Positions 9,417 to 19,498 of a stretch of 64,000 nucleotides of DNA are shown piece after piece. The position numbers and the translations under genes are program-made. Source of the DNA: Desulfurobacteriaceae bacterium (lineage in GTDB: Bacteria > Aquificota > Aquificia > Desulfurobacteriales > Desulfurobacteriaceae); assembly GCA_027063785.1 (NCBI GenBank), contig JAMORC010000005.1, positions 90,050 to 154,049 on the forward strand, written 5' to 3'. Every line of letters begins with the position of its first letter. Position 1 is the first letter of the stretch. The notes beneath the pieces are model-generated. The model was given only the letters and a program-made list of their open reading frames with translations, did not search any database and was not told the DNA's origin.

Positions 9417-10931
9417 TTGAAAGGAGTTGTTGCTGCCGGAGATAGGCTTACGGCTGAAGCTGCCGCTGAAATTTTGAGGGCGGGCGGGAATGCCTTTGAT
9501 GCTGCTGTTTCTGCCTGCTTTGCTGCTCCGATGGCCGAGCCTGCTCTTACTTCTGTCGGAGGCGGGGGATTTTTGCTGGCAGTTTCCCCCGATTTACCGC
9601 CGCTTCTTTACGATTTTTTCGTTGACGTTCCCCCGAAGCGGCTTGAGTCTCCCGAATTTTATCCAGTTTACGTTGATTTCGGGGATACCGTTCAAGAGTT
9701 TCACATAGGAGCGGGTTCCGCCGCCGTTCCCGGGTTTGTGGCCGGACTCCTCCGCCTTCACGAAGAAAGGGGAAGAATGCCTTTAAGGGAAGTCCTTTCT
9801 ATGGCTGTAAACTATGCCAGGAACGGCGTTGTGCTTTCTCCCCTGCAGGCTTTGTTTGTGAAGCTCCTTGAGCCGATATTTACGGCTACCGAGGAGTCGC
9901 GAAAGGTTTTTGCTCCCGATGGTCGTTTAATTGATTCCGAAAGGCCTTTTAAGAATCCCGACTATGCTCGGTTTCTGGAACTCCTTTCAGAGGAAGGACA
10001 GCGGGTTTTCTATGAAGGAGAGATTGCAGATAGGATTGATGAGGTCTTGAGGGAGAGGGGCGGCCTTTTGAGGAAGGAAGACCTTTCCCGTTATAGAGTG
10101 GTTGAAAGGCCTCCGATTTCTTTCTCTTTTAGAGGTATGAAAATCTTCACCAATCCTCCTCCCTCTTCCGGCGGAATACTTATTGCCTTTACTCTAAAAC
10201 TTTTGGATTCGGTAGATTTTGGAGAGTGGGGGAGTTTAGAGCACGTTTCAGCCCTCGTGGAGGCTCTCGGCGTTACGTCAAAGTTCAGGAAGCAGTTCGT
10301 GAACGGAAAGCTTCACGATGAGGGGCTTTCGGATCTCCTCCGGGATGAGGATTTGATTTCCAGCTTTACCGGTCTTTTTAAAGCCAGGCTAAACCTTTGG
10401 GGAAATACTACCCACATCTCGATAGTTGACAGGTGGGGAAATGGCGTTGCTGTAACAACTACAAACGGAGAAGGGTCGGGCGTAGTAATTCCGGGTACCG
10501 GAATAATGCTTAACAACATGCTCGGTGAAGAGGACTTAAATCCCCTCGGTTTCTTTAAGTGGTCTCCTTACGTAAGGCTTCCTTCGATGATGTCCCCTAC
10601 TGCCGTTTTTGACGAAGGAGAGCTTAAGCTCCTCCTGGGCAGTGCCGGTAGTAACAGGATAAGAAGTGCCATCGTTCAGGTAATTCTCAACTGCACCGTT
10701 TTCGGTAAAAGCGTTAAAGAGGCTGTAGAGCTTCCCAGGCTTCACTTTGAAAAGGATAAGGTCTTCCTTGAGCCGGGATTCCCTGAGGAGGTTGTTGAAG
10801 AGGTTCAGAAGCATTACAGAACAGTGCTTTTTTCGGAAAAGAGCCTGTTTTTCGGGGGCGTTCAGGCTGTTACGGGGAATTTCGACGGGGCAGGTGACGG
10901 CAGGCGAGGAGGAGTTGTAGTCAGGCTATAA
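9417..10931 (+). CDS. ggt: gamma-glutamyltransferase
   Basis: TTG start 2 nt after the ybdK stop. Autoprocessing/active-site region TTHISIVDRWGNGVAVTTTNG. Confidence 0.85.
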   Translation: MKGVVAAGDRLTAEAAAEILRAGGNAFDAAVSACFAAPMAEPALTSVGGGGFLLAVSPDLPPLLYDFFVDVPPKRLESPEFYPVYVDFGDTVQEFHIGAGSAAVPGFVAGLLRLHEERGRMPLREVLSMAVNYARNGVVLSPLQALFVKLLEPIFTATEESRKVFAPDGRLIDSERPFKNPDYARFLELLSEEGQRVFYEGEIADRIDEVLRERGGLLRKEDLSRYRVVERPPISFSFRGMKIFTNPPPSSGGILIAFTLKLLDSVDFGEWGSLEHVSALVEALGVTSKFRKQFVNGKLHDEGLSDLLRDEDLISSFTGLFKARLNLWGNTTHISIVDRWGNGVAVTTTNGEGSGVVIPGTGIMLNNMLGEEDLNPLGFFKWSPYVRLPSMMSPTAVFDEGELKLLLGSAGSNRIRSAIVQVILNCTVFGKSVKEAVELPRLHFEKDKVFLEPGFPEEVVEEVQKHYRTVLFSEKSLFFGGVQAVTGNFDGAGDGRRGGVVVRL

Positions 10932-13560
10932 CTTTCAGAATTTTTTCTTTCAGTTTTTCGAGCCTTTCACTGTCGGTTATTTTCCTGTACTCCATGTCCG
11001 TTATGTAGAAGCTGTCGATTACCCTGTTTCCCTCAGTGGTTATTATCGCCCTTCTCAGCCTCGTTTTCTCTTCCAGGAGTACCTTCGTTATTGCATAGAG
11101 AATCCCGAGCCTGTCGTAAGTTGAGACTTCTACTATTGTATGCCTTTCGGAGGTTTCATTGTCTACCTTGACTTTACTTTCCGGGAGGGGCACGTTTCTC
11201 CTGAAGCTCTTTGGTTTTATAAGCTCTCCCAGCTCCTCGACGTTTAACTTTTCTCTGTAGAGCTTCTCCATGTATTCGGAGAATTTTTCGAGCTTTTCAC
11301 AGGGAACGGCCTCTCCTGCCACCGTTGAAAGGTGTATTGTGTATACCATACAGTCACATTCGTCCTCGATTGCCCTGTTTATCGTTGCTCCCTTTATGTT
11401 TATTCCAAGGTAGGAAAGGATTCCGGAAATTTTGTTGAATAGTCCCCTCCTGTATCTCGTAACTATTACAAGTTTTGTGAAGCCCATATCCGGGAAGCTC
11501 TCGTGGTAGAGGTCGTAGTCGAGGTTTTCTCTTTTTACCTTCTTCATTGTTAATAGGTGTTTGGCTATCTCTTGGGAAGAATAGGAGATTAGGTAATCTT
11601 TATCGGCGTTTGAAAAGAATTTTTCTATGGATTCAGCCTTTATTTTGCCCTTTAGAAGTTTCTTTACTTTTTCTTTTCTCCTTCTCAGCTTTTCCTCTAT
11701 CAGTTCCTCTGCTGTTTTGTTTTCTTGAAATAGGGCCAGTGTGGATTCGTAAAGCTTCCAGAGGAGGGTGCTTTTCCAGTTGTCCCAGGCTCCCGGCCCG
11801 ACGGCTTTTATGTCTGCATAGGTCAGCAGAAATAGCTTCTTCAGCCTTTCCTCGCTTCCGCATTCATCCTTGAACTGCTGTATAAGCTCCGGATCAGAAA
11901 TGTCACGCCGGAAGGCCAGGTGGGACATTACCAGATGGTTCTTTACGAGCCACACTACTTCTTCTATTTCCTCCTTCGAAAATCCCATTTCCGAAAGGTA
12001 TTTTCTCGCTATTCCTGCCCCTACGTATTCGTGCCTTCCCGGCTTTCCTTTTCCTATGTCGTGGAACAGGGCGGCTATGAATAGTGTATGAGGAGATTCA
12101 AGGTCCTGGAAAACTTGTGAAAGCTTCTGTTTTTCTTTAACGGGAGTTTCAGATGTCCCTTTTTCCTCAATCTTTTCAATCTCCCTTACCGTAAGTATGG
12201 AGTGGATATCTGTCGTGAACTTGTGGTAAGTGTCAAACTGGAAGTGTCCCCTCAGCCTGTCAAAGTCCGGAATCAGCGCTCCCAGGACTTTCGTTTCGTG
12301 CATAACTTCCAGAGTGTATGAGAGCCTGTTCGGTGATGTAAGGATTTCCTTAAACTTCCTCAGGACTTCTTTTTTCCTGAACTTTTCCCTGTTGCTTTCT
12401 GCTGCCAGCTTGAAGATGGAGAAAAGCCCTGCGGAGAGTTCTACCCCCCTTTCCTGGACGATTCTGAAACCGTCGAGGATCCTGGTCGGTTTTTTGAGAA
12501 GTTCGCTCTCCTTTCCTTCGATAAAAAGGGCGTTTCCTTCTATGTAAAACACTTCTCCGACTTTTTCCCTGCGGGAGAGGAGCTTCTTTATTGAGAAGCG
12601 TTCAGAGCTTTTTTCAAGTTCTTCTTTTGCGGCTTTTATTATCTCCTTGGTGATAACGGAAAGGTCTGTGGCAGCGTTAAAGTAGTTCTTCATAAACAGC
12701 TCTACTCCCTTCCTGTCGGAAGAGAAGCCGAAGAACTCTGCTGCTATTCTCTGCATCTCAAAGGAGAGTATGTCGCTTTTCCTTCCCGCCGTTATGTGAA
12801 GCTGGTTCCTGACCCTCAGGAGGAAATCGTAGGCCGATATCACGTCCCTGAAGTTTTTCCTGTCGAGGATTTTCCTGTCCAAGAAGCCGGAGTAGTTCTC
12901 TATTCCGAAAACGATTTTCCCTATCCAGAAAGCTTCGTGGAGATCCCTTAATCCTCCCTTGCTTTCCTTTACGTTGGGTTCCTGATAGTAAACGGTTCCG
13001 TAATACCTCTTATACCTGTCGCTTCTGGCAACTGTGATTTCTGTTACCAGGTGGTTTTTGTTGTTCTTTACAAAATCGAAAAACAGCTTTGAGAATGTTT
13101 GGTCAAGTTCGGTGCTTCCCCTCAGGAATCTCCTCTGAAGAAAATTTGTAAATACGGAAAGGTCTTCTTTTGAAAGTTCAATTGCCTCGTTTAAACTTCT
13201 CGGTGAGAAGCCGAGGTCCCTCTTGAGGGAGAGCAGGAAGTAGTAAAAGGCTTCAATATCTTCCAGGTGGGATTCTGTTAGGTTTCCTGTGTAGATTAGG
13301 TTTACGTCTATATCTGAGTGGAAGTTAAGCTCTCCTCTGCCGTATCCCCCGAGGGCGTAGAGGGTGGCCGGAAGCTCCCACCTTCCGAAAAAATGATCAA
13401 ATGCGGGCTTTAGTATTCTATCTAAGGCTTTTTTGAGCCTGTCTGCGACTTCGAATCCCGTTTCTTTCCTTAAGTGGAGCTTCTCAACCTCTTCCTGTTC
13501 CTTAAAGAATTTCTCCTTTAAAGCTTCAAGGTTCAATTCGACAGCTCCGCAAGCCGCCAC
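10921..13560 (-). CDS. glnD: [protein-PII] uridylyltransferase/uridylyl-removing enzyme
   Basis: Nucleotidyltransferase N-terminus (GGYGRGELNFHSDIDV). HD domain (HDIGKG). Two C-terminal ACT-like domains. 879 aa. GTG start. Confidence 0.85.
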   Translation of the reverse strand: MAACGAVELNLEALKEKFFKEQEEVEKLHLRKETGFEVADRLKKALDRILKPAFDHFFGRWELPATLYALGGYGRGELNFHSDIDVNLIYTGNLTESHLEDIEAFYYFLLSLKRDLGFSPRSLNEAIELSKEDLSVFTNFLQRRFLRGSTELDQTFSKLFFDFVKNNKNHLVTEITVARSDRYKRYYGTVYYQEPNVKESKGGLRDLHEAFWIGKIVFGIENYSGFLDRKILDRKNFRDVISAYDFLLRVRNQLHITAGRKSDILSFEMQRIAAEFFGFSSDRKGVELFMKNYFNAATDLSVITKEIIKAAKEELEKSSERFSIKKLLSRREKVGEVFYIEGNALFIEGKESELLKKPTRILDGFRIVQERGVELSAGLFSIFKLAAESNREKFRKKEVLRKFKEILTSPNRLSYTLEVMHETKVLGALIPDFDRLRGHFQFDTYHKFTTDIHSILTVREIEKIEEKGTSETPVKEKQKLSQVFQDLESPHTLFIAALFHDIGKGKPGRHEYVGAGIARKYLSEMGFSKEEIEEVVWLVKNHLVMSHLAFRRDISDPELIQQFKDECGSEERLKKLFLLTYADIKAVGPGAWDNWKSTLLWKLYESTLALFQENKTAEELIEEKLRRRKEKVKKLLKGKIKAESIEKFFSNADKDYLISYSSQEIAKHLLTMKKVKRENLDYDLYHESFPDMGFTKLVIVTRYRRGLFNKISGILSYLGINIKGATINRAIEDECDCMVYTIHLSTVAGEAVPCEKLEKFSEYMEKLYREKLNVEELGELIKPKSFRRNVPLPESKVKVDNETSERHTIVEVSTYDRLGILYAITKVLLEEKTRLRRAIITTEGNRVIDSFYITDMEYRKITDSERLEKLKEKILKVIA

Positions 13561-14072
13561 AGTTTCTCAAAGTTCCTTTCATACCTTTTTGCAGTGGCCG
13601 GACTGTTCGTTATTACAACGAGGTTCTCGTCGTTCCTTTTCTCCGCGCTATTTGTCCAGTTAAAGCTTCCTGTAACTACTGTTCTGCCGTCTATAACGGC
13701 ATATTTATTGTGCATAAGCCCTCCGCCGCTTCCTTTTTTATACCTTACCGGAATTCCTGCCCTTTCAAGGAGAGGGCCCATACAGTGCTTTGACCTTGCG
13801 GTTCCGATATCAATGATTACCCTTACCTTTACTCCCCTATTCTTGGCATCTATCAGGGCTTTGGCGATTTTTCTGCTCGTAAAAGCGTAGATGGCTGCAT
13901 CAATCGATTTTTCGGCCTTGTTGAAGGCTCTGATTAAAGCCTTCGTGCAGCCTCCTCTTGGGGAGAAGTAAACGGATATCCCGGCCGAATCAGGAGCGCC
14001 GACCGGGTGGTTTTCAAGGCAGCCGAGCGGTAACAGGAGGAGGATCAGGATTAGAGGAAAGAGCCTTTTCAT
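13533..14072 (-). CDS. secreted phospholipase D-family (HKD) nuclease/phospholipase, Nuc-like
   Basis: Signal peptide MKRLFPLILILLLLPLGC. HKD motif HNKYAVIDGRTVVTGSFNWT. Confidence 0.7.
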   Translation of the reverse strand: MKRLFPLILILLLLPLGCLENHPVGAPDSAGISVYFSPRGGCTKALIRAFNKAEKSIDAAIYAFTSRKIAKALIDAKNRGVKVRVIIDIGTARSKHCMGPLLERAGIPVRYKKGSGGGLMHNKYAVIDGRTVVTGSFNWTNSAEKRNDENLVVITNSPATAKRYERNFEKLWRLAELSN

Positions 14073-14383
14073 TTTTTCTGCTCTTTACCCTTTTCGGCTT
14101 TAACCGGCTGTGTTATCGGTGTTTTTGTTTTTTCTACGACCGACGATGTTCCCAGGAACTTTGCTCCGAATATTGACAGCAGAAGGGAGTTAATCATGAA
14201 AATTGCTCCGAGTACGGCGGTTGTTTTTGTAAGAACTGCTCCGGTTTCGGCACCGAAGGCAGATCCCGTGGAGCTTCCTCCCATTATTGCCATACCGCCC
14301 TCTTCCTGCCCCGGCTGAATAATAACTACCAGTATGAGAAGCAGGGCTATCAGTGCGTGGAATATGAGAAGTGCCGTAAACAT
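14069..14383 (-). CDS. secG: preprotein translocase subunit SecG
   Basis: Two TM segments with a Gly-rich loop. Conserved position downstream of tpiA. Confidence 0.8.
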   Translation of the reverse strand: MFTALLIFHALIALLLILVVIIQPGQEEGGMAIMGGSSTGSAFGAETGAVLTKTTAVLGAIFMINSLLLSIFGAKFLGTSSVVEKTKTPITQPVKAEKGKEQKK

Positions 14384-15138
14384 TATCCCTCCGCATCAAA
14401 CTTTACGATTTTCTCAAAGGAATCGGCCTTAAGGCTTGCTCCTCCTACAAGGGCGCCGTCTACGTTTTCCATTTTGAGGAGTTCCCCTGCGTTTTCGGGC
14501 TTTACGCTTCCTCCGTAAAGGATTCTGGTAAGTTCTGCTTTCTCCCTGCCGAAAAGGTCTGAAAGGAGTTCCCTTATGAAAGAGTGAACTTCCTCTGCCT
14601 GTTCGGGAGTTGCAGTTTTCCCCGTACCTATTGCCCAGACGGGCTCATAAGCAATAACGAACTCGTCTAATGGAGTTAGTCCTTTAAGTCCCTCTAATAC
14701 CTGATTCTTTACGACTTCCTTTGTCCTTCCGGCTTCCCTCTCTTCGAGAAGCTCTCCGACGCAGAGGATCGGAATAAGGTCGTGTTTTACTGCCGAGAGG
14801 ACTTTTTTGTTTATAAGGTCGTCTGTCTCACCGAAAATGTGTCTCCTTTCGGAGTGTCCCAGTATTACGTATGAACAGCCGACGTCCCTGAGCATGACGG
14901 GAGAAATTTCTCCTGTAAATGCGCCTTGCTCCTCAAAGTACATGTTCTGTCCGCCGAGTTTTACATTGCTTCCTTCAAGCTCTTTACCGACGGCGTAGAG
15001 TGCTGTAAACGGAGGGCAGATGAGAATATCCCTGTCGCTTATACCGTCTAATCTCCTTTTAAGTTCTCCGGCCAGTTCCAGGGCTTCCGGGACGGTTTTA
15101 TTCATTTTCCAGTTTCCGGCTATCAGGAGCTTCCTCAA
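14383..15138 (-). CDS. tpiA: triosephosphate isomerase
   Basis: Motifs IAGNWKMN, GHSERR, AYEPVWAIGTG. Confidence 0.9.
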   Translation of the reverse strand: MRKLLIAGNWKMNKTVPEALELAGELKRRLDGISDRDILICPPFTALYAVGKELEGSNVKLGGQNMYFEEQGAFTGEISPVMLRDVGCSYVILGHSERRHIFGETDDLINKKVLSAVKHDLIPILCVGELLEEREAGRTKEVVKNQVLEGLKGLTPLDEFVIAYEPVWAIGTGKTATPEQAEEVHSFIRELLSDLFGREKAELTRILYGGSVKPENAGELLKMENVDGALVGGASLKADSFEKIVKFDAEG

Positions 15139-15165
15139 CGTTTTCCTCCTTCTCCGATAAAAGAG

Positions 15166-16404
15166 TTAAGATGCCTTTGCAACCTCGTACTTCGGCTTTC
15201 CGGTTTTAACAGCTTTTTTGTCTATTATAACTTTCTTTATCTCCTTCCTGTGTGGGACTTCAAACATAACATCCATCATTATCTTCTCCATTATGGCCCT
15301 CAGCCCCCTTGCTCCCGTCTTCCTCCTGATTGCCTCCCTGGCAATCTCCCTCAGGGCATCATCGGTAAATACAAGCTCTACCCCTTCTAACTCCAGGAGC
15401 TTTTGATACTGCTTGACGAGGGCATTTTTCGGTTCTTTCAGTATCCTCACGAGATCTTCTTCTTTAAGTTCGCTCAACGTTGCAACTACGGGAAGCCTTC
15501 CTATAAGTTCCGGGATGAGGCCGAACTTAACGAGGTCGTCCGGCTCGACGTACTTGAGGAGTTGATCCCTGTCCATCTTTATCTTGTCGACGTCTGCTGT
15601 AAAGCCCATTGTTCCCTTTCCGATCCTTCTTGCGATTATCTCTTCAAGCCCTACAAAAGCTCCCCCGCATATGAAGAGGATGTTGCTTGTGTCTATCTGG
15701 ATATACTGTTGATGGGGGTGCTTCCTTCCGCCCTGAGGAGGGACGTTTGCTATTGTTCCCTCCAGGATTTTCAGCAGTGCCTGCTGGACGCCTTCCCCGG
15801 ATACGTCCCTTGTGATTGACGGGTTTTCGCTCTTCCTGGAAATCTTGTCGATCTCATCGATGTAAATTATTCCCCTTTCGGCCTTTTCTATATCGTAGTC
15901 TGCAGCCTGGATGAGCCTAAGGAGGATGTTCTCAACGTCCTCTCCGACGTAACCGGCTTCCGTCAGCGTTGTTGCGTCTGCTATGGCAAAAGGAACGTCA
16001 AGGAGCTTTGCAAGGGAGCGGGCAAGGAGTGTCTTTCCGGAGCCTGTAGGTCCAATGAGGAGGATGTTGCTCTTCTCAAGTTCTACCTCGTCTTCCCCTT
16101 TCTCCCGGCTGATTATCCTTTTGTAATGGTTGTAAACAGCGACGGACAGTACTTTCTTTGCCTCCTCCTGACCTATCACGTACTGATCCAGGAACTCCTT
16201 AATTTCCTTGGGTGTCGGGAGCTTTCCTATTTCAACGGGGGACTTACCCTTTTCCCCTTCTTTCTGGTGAATCATCTCGTAGCACTCATCGACGCAAACG
16301 TTGCATATTGCAACGCCGTTAGGTCCGGTTATGAGAGCTTCCACTTCGTTCTGTCCCTTTCCGCAGAAGGAGCATCTTCTGATGGGTATTTTTGTTTCAA
16401 ACAT
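15166..16404 (-). CDS. clpX: ATP-dependent Clp protease ATP-binding subunit ClpX
   Basis: N-terminal C4 zinc finger CSFCGK...CNVC. Walker [12 protein letters not shown]+ architecture. 412 aa. Confidence 0.9.
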   Translation of the reverse strand: MFETKIPIRRCSFCGKGQNEVEALITGPNGVAICNVCVDECYEMIHQKEGEKGKSPVEIGKLPTPKEIKEFLDQYVIGQEEAKKVLSVAVYNHYKRIISREKGEDEVELEKSNILLIGPTGSGKTLLARSLAKLLDVPFAIADATTLTEAGYVGEDVENILLRLIQAADYDIEKAERGIIYIDEIDKISRKSENPSITRDVSGEGVQQALLKILEGTIANVPPQGGRKHPHQQYIQIDTSNILFICGGAFVGLEEIIARRIGKGTMGFTADVDKIKMDRDQLLKYVEPDDLVKFGLIPELIGRLPVVATLSELKEEDLVRILKEPKNALVKQYQKLLELEGVELVFTDDALREIAREAIRRKTGARGLRAIMEKIMMDVMFEVPHRKEIKKVIIDKKAVKTGKPKYEVAKAS

Positions 16405-16479
16405 TTTTCTCCTCGTTGCCTTTTGGTTTGTAGACTAAAATATAGCGTGTGTTTTACTTTTATCCAGCAGGAGGAAAGT

Positions 16480-17109
16480 ATGGTAAAGGTGAAGATTTGT
16501 GGAATTACAAACGTGGAGGACGCTCTCTTCTCGATTTCTGCCGGTGCGGATGCTGTCGGGTTTATACTCTATCCCGGCAGTAAGCGCTTCATTAAGGCCA
16601 AGGAAGTCAGGAAAATAACTGTTCAGCTTCCTCCTTTTGTGAGTAAAGTCGGCGTCTTTGTTAACCAGGATCCCAGGGATGTCCTTGAAATAATGAGTTA
16701 CGCTCACCTTGACTTTGCCCAGCTTCACGGGGATGAGACTCCCGATGAGTGTGAGTACATAGGAAGTAGCAGGGTTATAAAGGTTTTCAGGCTTTCATCT
16801 ATCGATGAAGTCGAGAGTATAGCTCCTTTTGTAGGAAAGGTGAGGGCTGTTTTACTTGATACCTATTCTAAAGGGAGTTACGGAGGAACCGGCAGGACTT
16901 TTGACTGGAATATAGCGAGGAAAGTAAAAGAGCTTTATCCGGAGCTTCCTTTAATACTTTCGGGAGGACTGAACCCGGAAAACGTTTCTGAGGCTGTTGA
17001 AGCGGTTTCTCCTTACTGTGTTGATGTATCAAGCGGAGTTGAGAGGGAGGTCGGTAAGAAAGACCCTGAGAAAGTAGTGGCCTTTGTGAGAGCTGCGAAG
17101 TGTAGGTAG
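16480..17109 (+). CDS. trpF: phosphoribosylanthranilate isomerase
   Basis: RBS GGAGGAAAG before ATG 16480 (MVKVKICGIT...). The listed ORF start 16126 is an upstream in-frame extension overlapping clpX and is rejected. Confidence 0.85.
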   Translation: MVKVKICGITNVEDALFSISAGADAVGFILYPGSKRFIKAKEVRKITVQLPPFVSKVGVFVNQDPRDVLEIMSYAHLDFAQLHGDETPDECEYIGSSRVIKVFRLSSIDEVESIAPFVGKVRAVLLDTYSKGSYGGTGRTFDWNIARKVKELYPELPLILSGGLNPENVSEAVEAVSPYCVDVSSGVEREVGKKDPEKVVAFVRAAKCR

Positions 17110-17176
17110 TTGCGGGTCTTTTTCGATGCCTTAACTTGAGGGTAAGAGTTTAATTCCCTTAAAGAAGGAGGAAAGT

Positions 17177-17677
17177 GTGGGAACGAAAGCAAGGGAGCTT
17201 GTCGGAGAACACGCCGAGAAAATTCTGGAACTCCTCAACAGGGCACTTGCCGATGAGTGGTTGGCATACTACCAGTACTGGATAGGCTCCAAAGTGATTA
17301 AAGGGCCCATGAAGGGTGCAGTTGAGGCCGAGCTGGTTCAGCATGCCGGTGATGAGCTTCGCCATGCGGAAATGCTCGTAAGGAGAATTCTGGAGCTTGG
17401 AGGAACTCCCATTTTAACTCCGAAAAAGTGGTTTGAGCTTTCCGGCTGTGGTTATGAAGCTCCGGAAAATCCCTTTGTGAAAAACATTCTTAAGCAGAAT
17501 ATAAAGGGAGAGCAGTGTGCCATAGAAGTGTACAATCGGATAATCCAATACACCAAGGATATAGACCCGGTTACCTACAACATTGCCCTTCAGATAATGA
17601 CGGATGAGATGGAACACGAGGAGGACCTCCAGTCGCTCCTCGAAGACCTGGAGAACTTAAAGTTTCTCGGAAATTAA
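17177..17677 (+). CDS. ferritin-like (bacterioferritin/Dps-family) di-iron protein
   Basis: Four-helix ferritin-like pattern with paired E...ExxH motifs (ELRHAEML, DEMEHEED). GTG start after AAGGAGGAAAG. Confidence 0.65.
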   Translation: MGTKARELVGEHAEKILELLNRALADEWLAYYQYWIGSKVIKGPMKGAVEAELVQHAGDELRHAEMLVRRILELGGTPILTPKKWFELSGCGYEAPENPFVKNILKQNIKGEQCAIEVYNRIIQYTKDIDPVTYNIALQIMTDEMEHEEDLQSLLEDLENLKFLGN

Positions 17678-17680
17678 CTT

Positions 17681-19465
17681 TTAGTCCTCCGGATTTTTAA
17701 CTTCTATATGAAGCTCCTCTAACTGCTCCTTCCTGACGGTGTCGGGTGCTCCCGTAAGGAGACACTGTCCCCTCTGGGTTTTCGGGAAGGCGATAACGTC
17801 CCTTATCGATTCCTCTCCCCTCATTATGGCGCAGAGCCTGTCAAGGCCGAAAGCCATTCCTCCGTGGGGAGGAGCGCCGTACCTGAGGGCTTCTAAGAGA
17901 AAGCCGAACCTCTCCTGGGCTTCCTCTTCGGATAGGCCGATAACTTTAAAGACTTTTTCCTGAATGTCTTCCCTGTGAATACGTATACTTCCTCCCCCTA
18001 TTTCTACACCGTTAAGAACCATATCATAAGCCCTTGCCCTGACGCTTCCCGGATCGGTAAGGAGCTTTTCGACGTCCTCTTCCCTCGGGCTTGTGAAGGG
18101 GTGGTGCAGGGCTTCCCACCTTTCCTCTTCTTCGTTCCACTCGAACATGGGGAAGTCGACAATCCAGAGAACGTTAACTTTACTGTCGTCGATGAGGCCT
18201 GCCATCCTGGCGAGCTTTAACCTCAGGTTTGCAAGGGCGCTGTTGACTACCTCTTTCGAATCTGCGACGAGGAAGAGAATATCCCCGACTTCTGCTTCAA
18301 GTCTCCTCAGGATCTCGTTCATTTCTCCTTCGGAGAAGAACTTGACTATCGGTGATTGGAGGCCGTTTTCGGTTATTTTTATCCAGGCAAGTCCCTTTGC
18401 CCCGTAAATTCCGACAAACTTTGTTAAGTCGTCAATTTCCTTGCGGGAAAGTTTCGCCCCGCCTTTAAAGTTCAAAGCTTTGACTATGCCACCTTTCTCT
18501 GCAACGCTTCTGAAAACTTTGAAATTACACCTTTCGGCAATGTCGGTTATTTCCTTAAGTTCCAGTCCGAACCTGGTGTCCGGCCTGTCCGTTCCGAACC
18601 TGTTCATTGCTTCATCGTAGGTCATTATCGGAATTTCTCCTATCTCAACGTCAAGGAGTTCCTTGTAGAGGGACCTCAGTAGCTTTTCTGCAACGTCCAT
18701 AACGTCCCTTTCGGCGACGAAGGACATCTCAAAGTCTATTTGAGTAAACTCCGGCTGTCTGTCGGCCCTTAAGTCTTCATCCCTGAAGCACCTTGCTATC
18801 TGGTAGTACCTGTCGAATCCCGCGACCATGAGTATCTGTTTAAAGAGCTGAGGAGACTGCGGAAGGGCGTAGAACTTGCCCGGGTAAATCCTGCTTGGGA
18901 CTAAGAAGTCCCTGGCGCCTTCCGGTGTGCTTTTGGTCAGGTACGGGGTTTCTATCTCTATGAACCCTTCCCTGTTAAAGACTTCCCTCGTTACCTGGTA
19001 AAGTCTGTGGCGGAAAATTATGTTCTCCGCCATTTTCTTTCGTCTGAGGTCGAGGAACCTGAACTTCAGCCGCGTTTCCTCGCCGACTTTTACTTCGTCC
19101 TCAACTGGGAAAGGAAGTGGAAGGGACTTGTTGAGTATCTGAAGCTTCTCGGCGTATATTTCCACCTCTCCGGTCTTGAGCTTCGGGTTTTCCGTTCCTT
19201 CCGGCCTTCTCCTTACTTCTCCTTCTACGGCTATTACAAACTCGTGTTTTAGCTTCTTCGCTTTCTCTACGAGTTCTTCACTAATTTCCGGAGAAAAAAC
19301 TACCTGAACTTTCCCCGTCCTGTCCCTCAGGTCTGTAAAGACCACGCCTCCGTGATCCCTCGTTGTATCGACCCAACCTGCAACCCTTACACGCTTTCCT
19401 ATATCTTTTGTAGAAACCTCTCCGCAGTAGTGTGTTCTTTTAAAGCTTCCCAGGTGTTCAAGCAT
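17681..19465 (-). CDS. aspS: aspartate--tRNA ligase
   Basis: OB-fold N-terminus. Class II aaRS motifs (FRDEDLRADRQPEFTQID, GGGSIRIH, GLDRL). 594 aa. Confidence 0.9.
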   Translation of the reverse strand: MLEHLGSFKRTHYCGEVSTKDIGKRVRVAGWVDTTRDHGGVVFTDLRDRTGKVQVVFSPEISEELVEKAKKLKHEFVIAVEGEVRRRPEGTENPKLKTGEVEIYAEKLQILNKSLPLPFPVEDEVKVGEETRLKFRFLDLRRKKMAENIIFRHRLYQVTREVFNREGFIEIETPYLTKSTPEGARDFLVPSRIYPGKFYALPQSPQLFKQILMVAGFDRYYQIARCFRDEDLRADRQPEFTQIDFEMSFVAERDVMDVAEKLLRSLYKELLDVEIGEIPIMTYDEAMNRFGTDRPDTRFGLELKEITDIAERCNFKVFRSVAEKGGIVKALNFKGGAKLSRKEIDDLTKFVGIYGAKGLAWIKITENGLQSPIVKFFSEGEMNEILRRLEAEVGDILFLVADSKEVVNSALANLRLKLARMAGLIDDSKVNVLWIVDFPMFEWNEEEERWEALHHPFTSPREEDVEKLLTDPGSVRARAYDMVLNGVEIGGGSIRIHREDIQEKVFKVIGLSEEEAQERFGFLLEALRYGAPPHGGMAFGLDRLCAIMRGEESIRDVIAFPKTQRGQCLLTGAPDTVRKEQLEELHIEVKNPED

Positions 19466-19498
19466 TTTTTCTACCTCGCTTATTTTTTGACGGCTGAA

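Noticed and set aside
16126-16479. Long N-terminal extension of the trpF ORF listed in the six-frame track
   Set aside because: It overlaps the clpX coding region on the opposite strand and has no RBS. A strong GGAGGAAAG RBS precedes the internal ATG at 16480 (MVKVKICG), which matches the canonical TrpF N-terminus.
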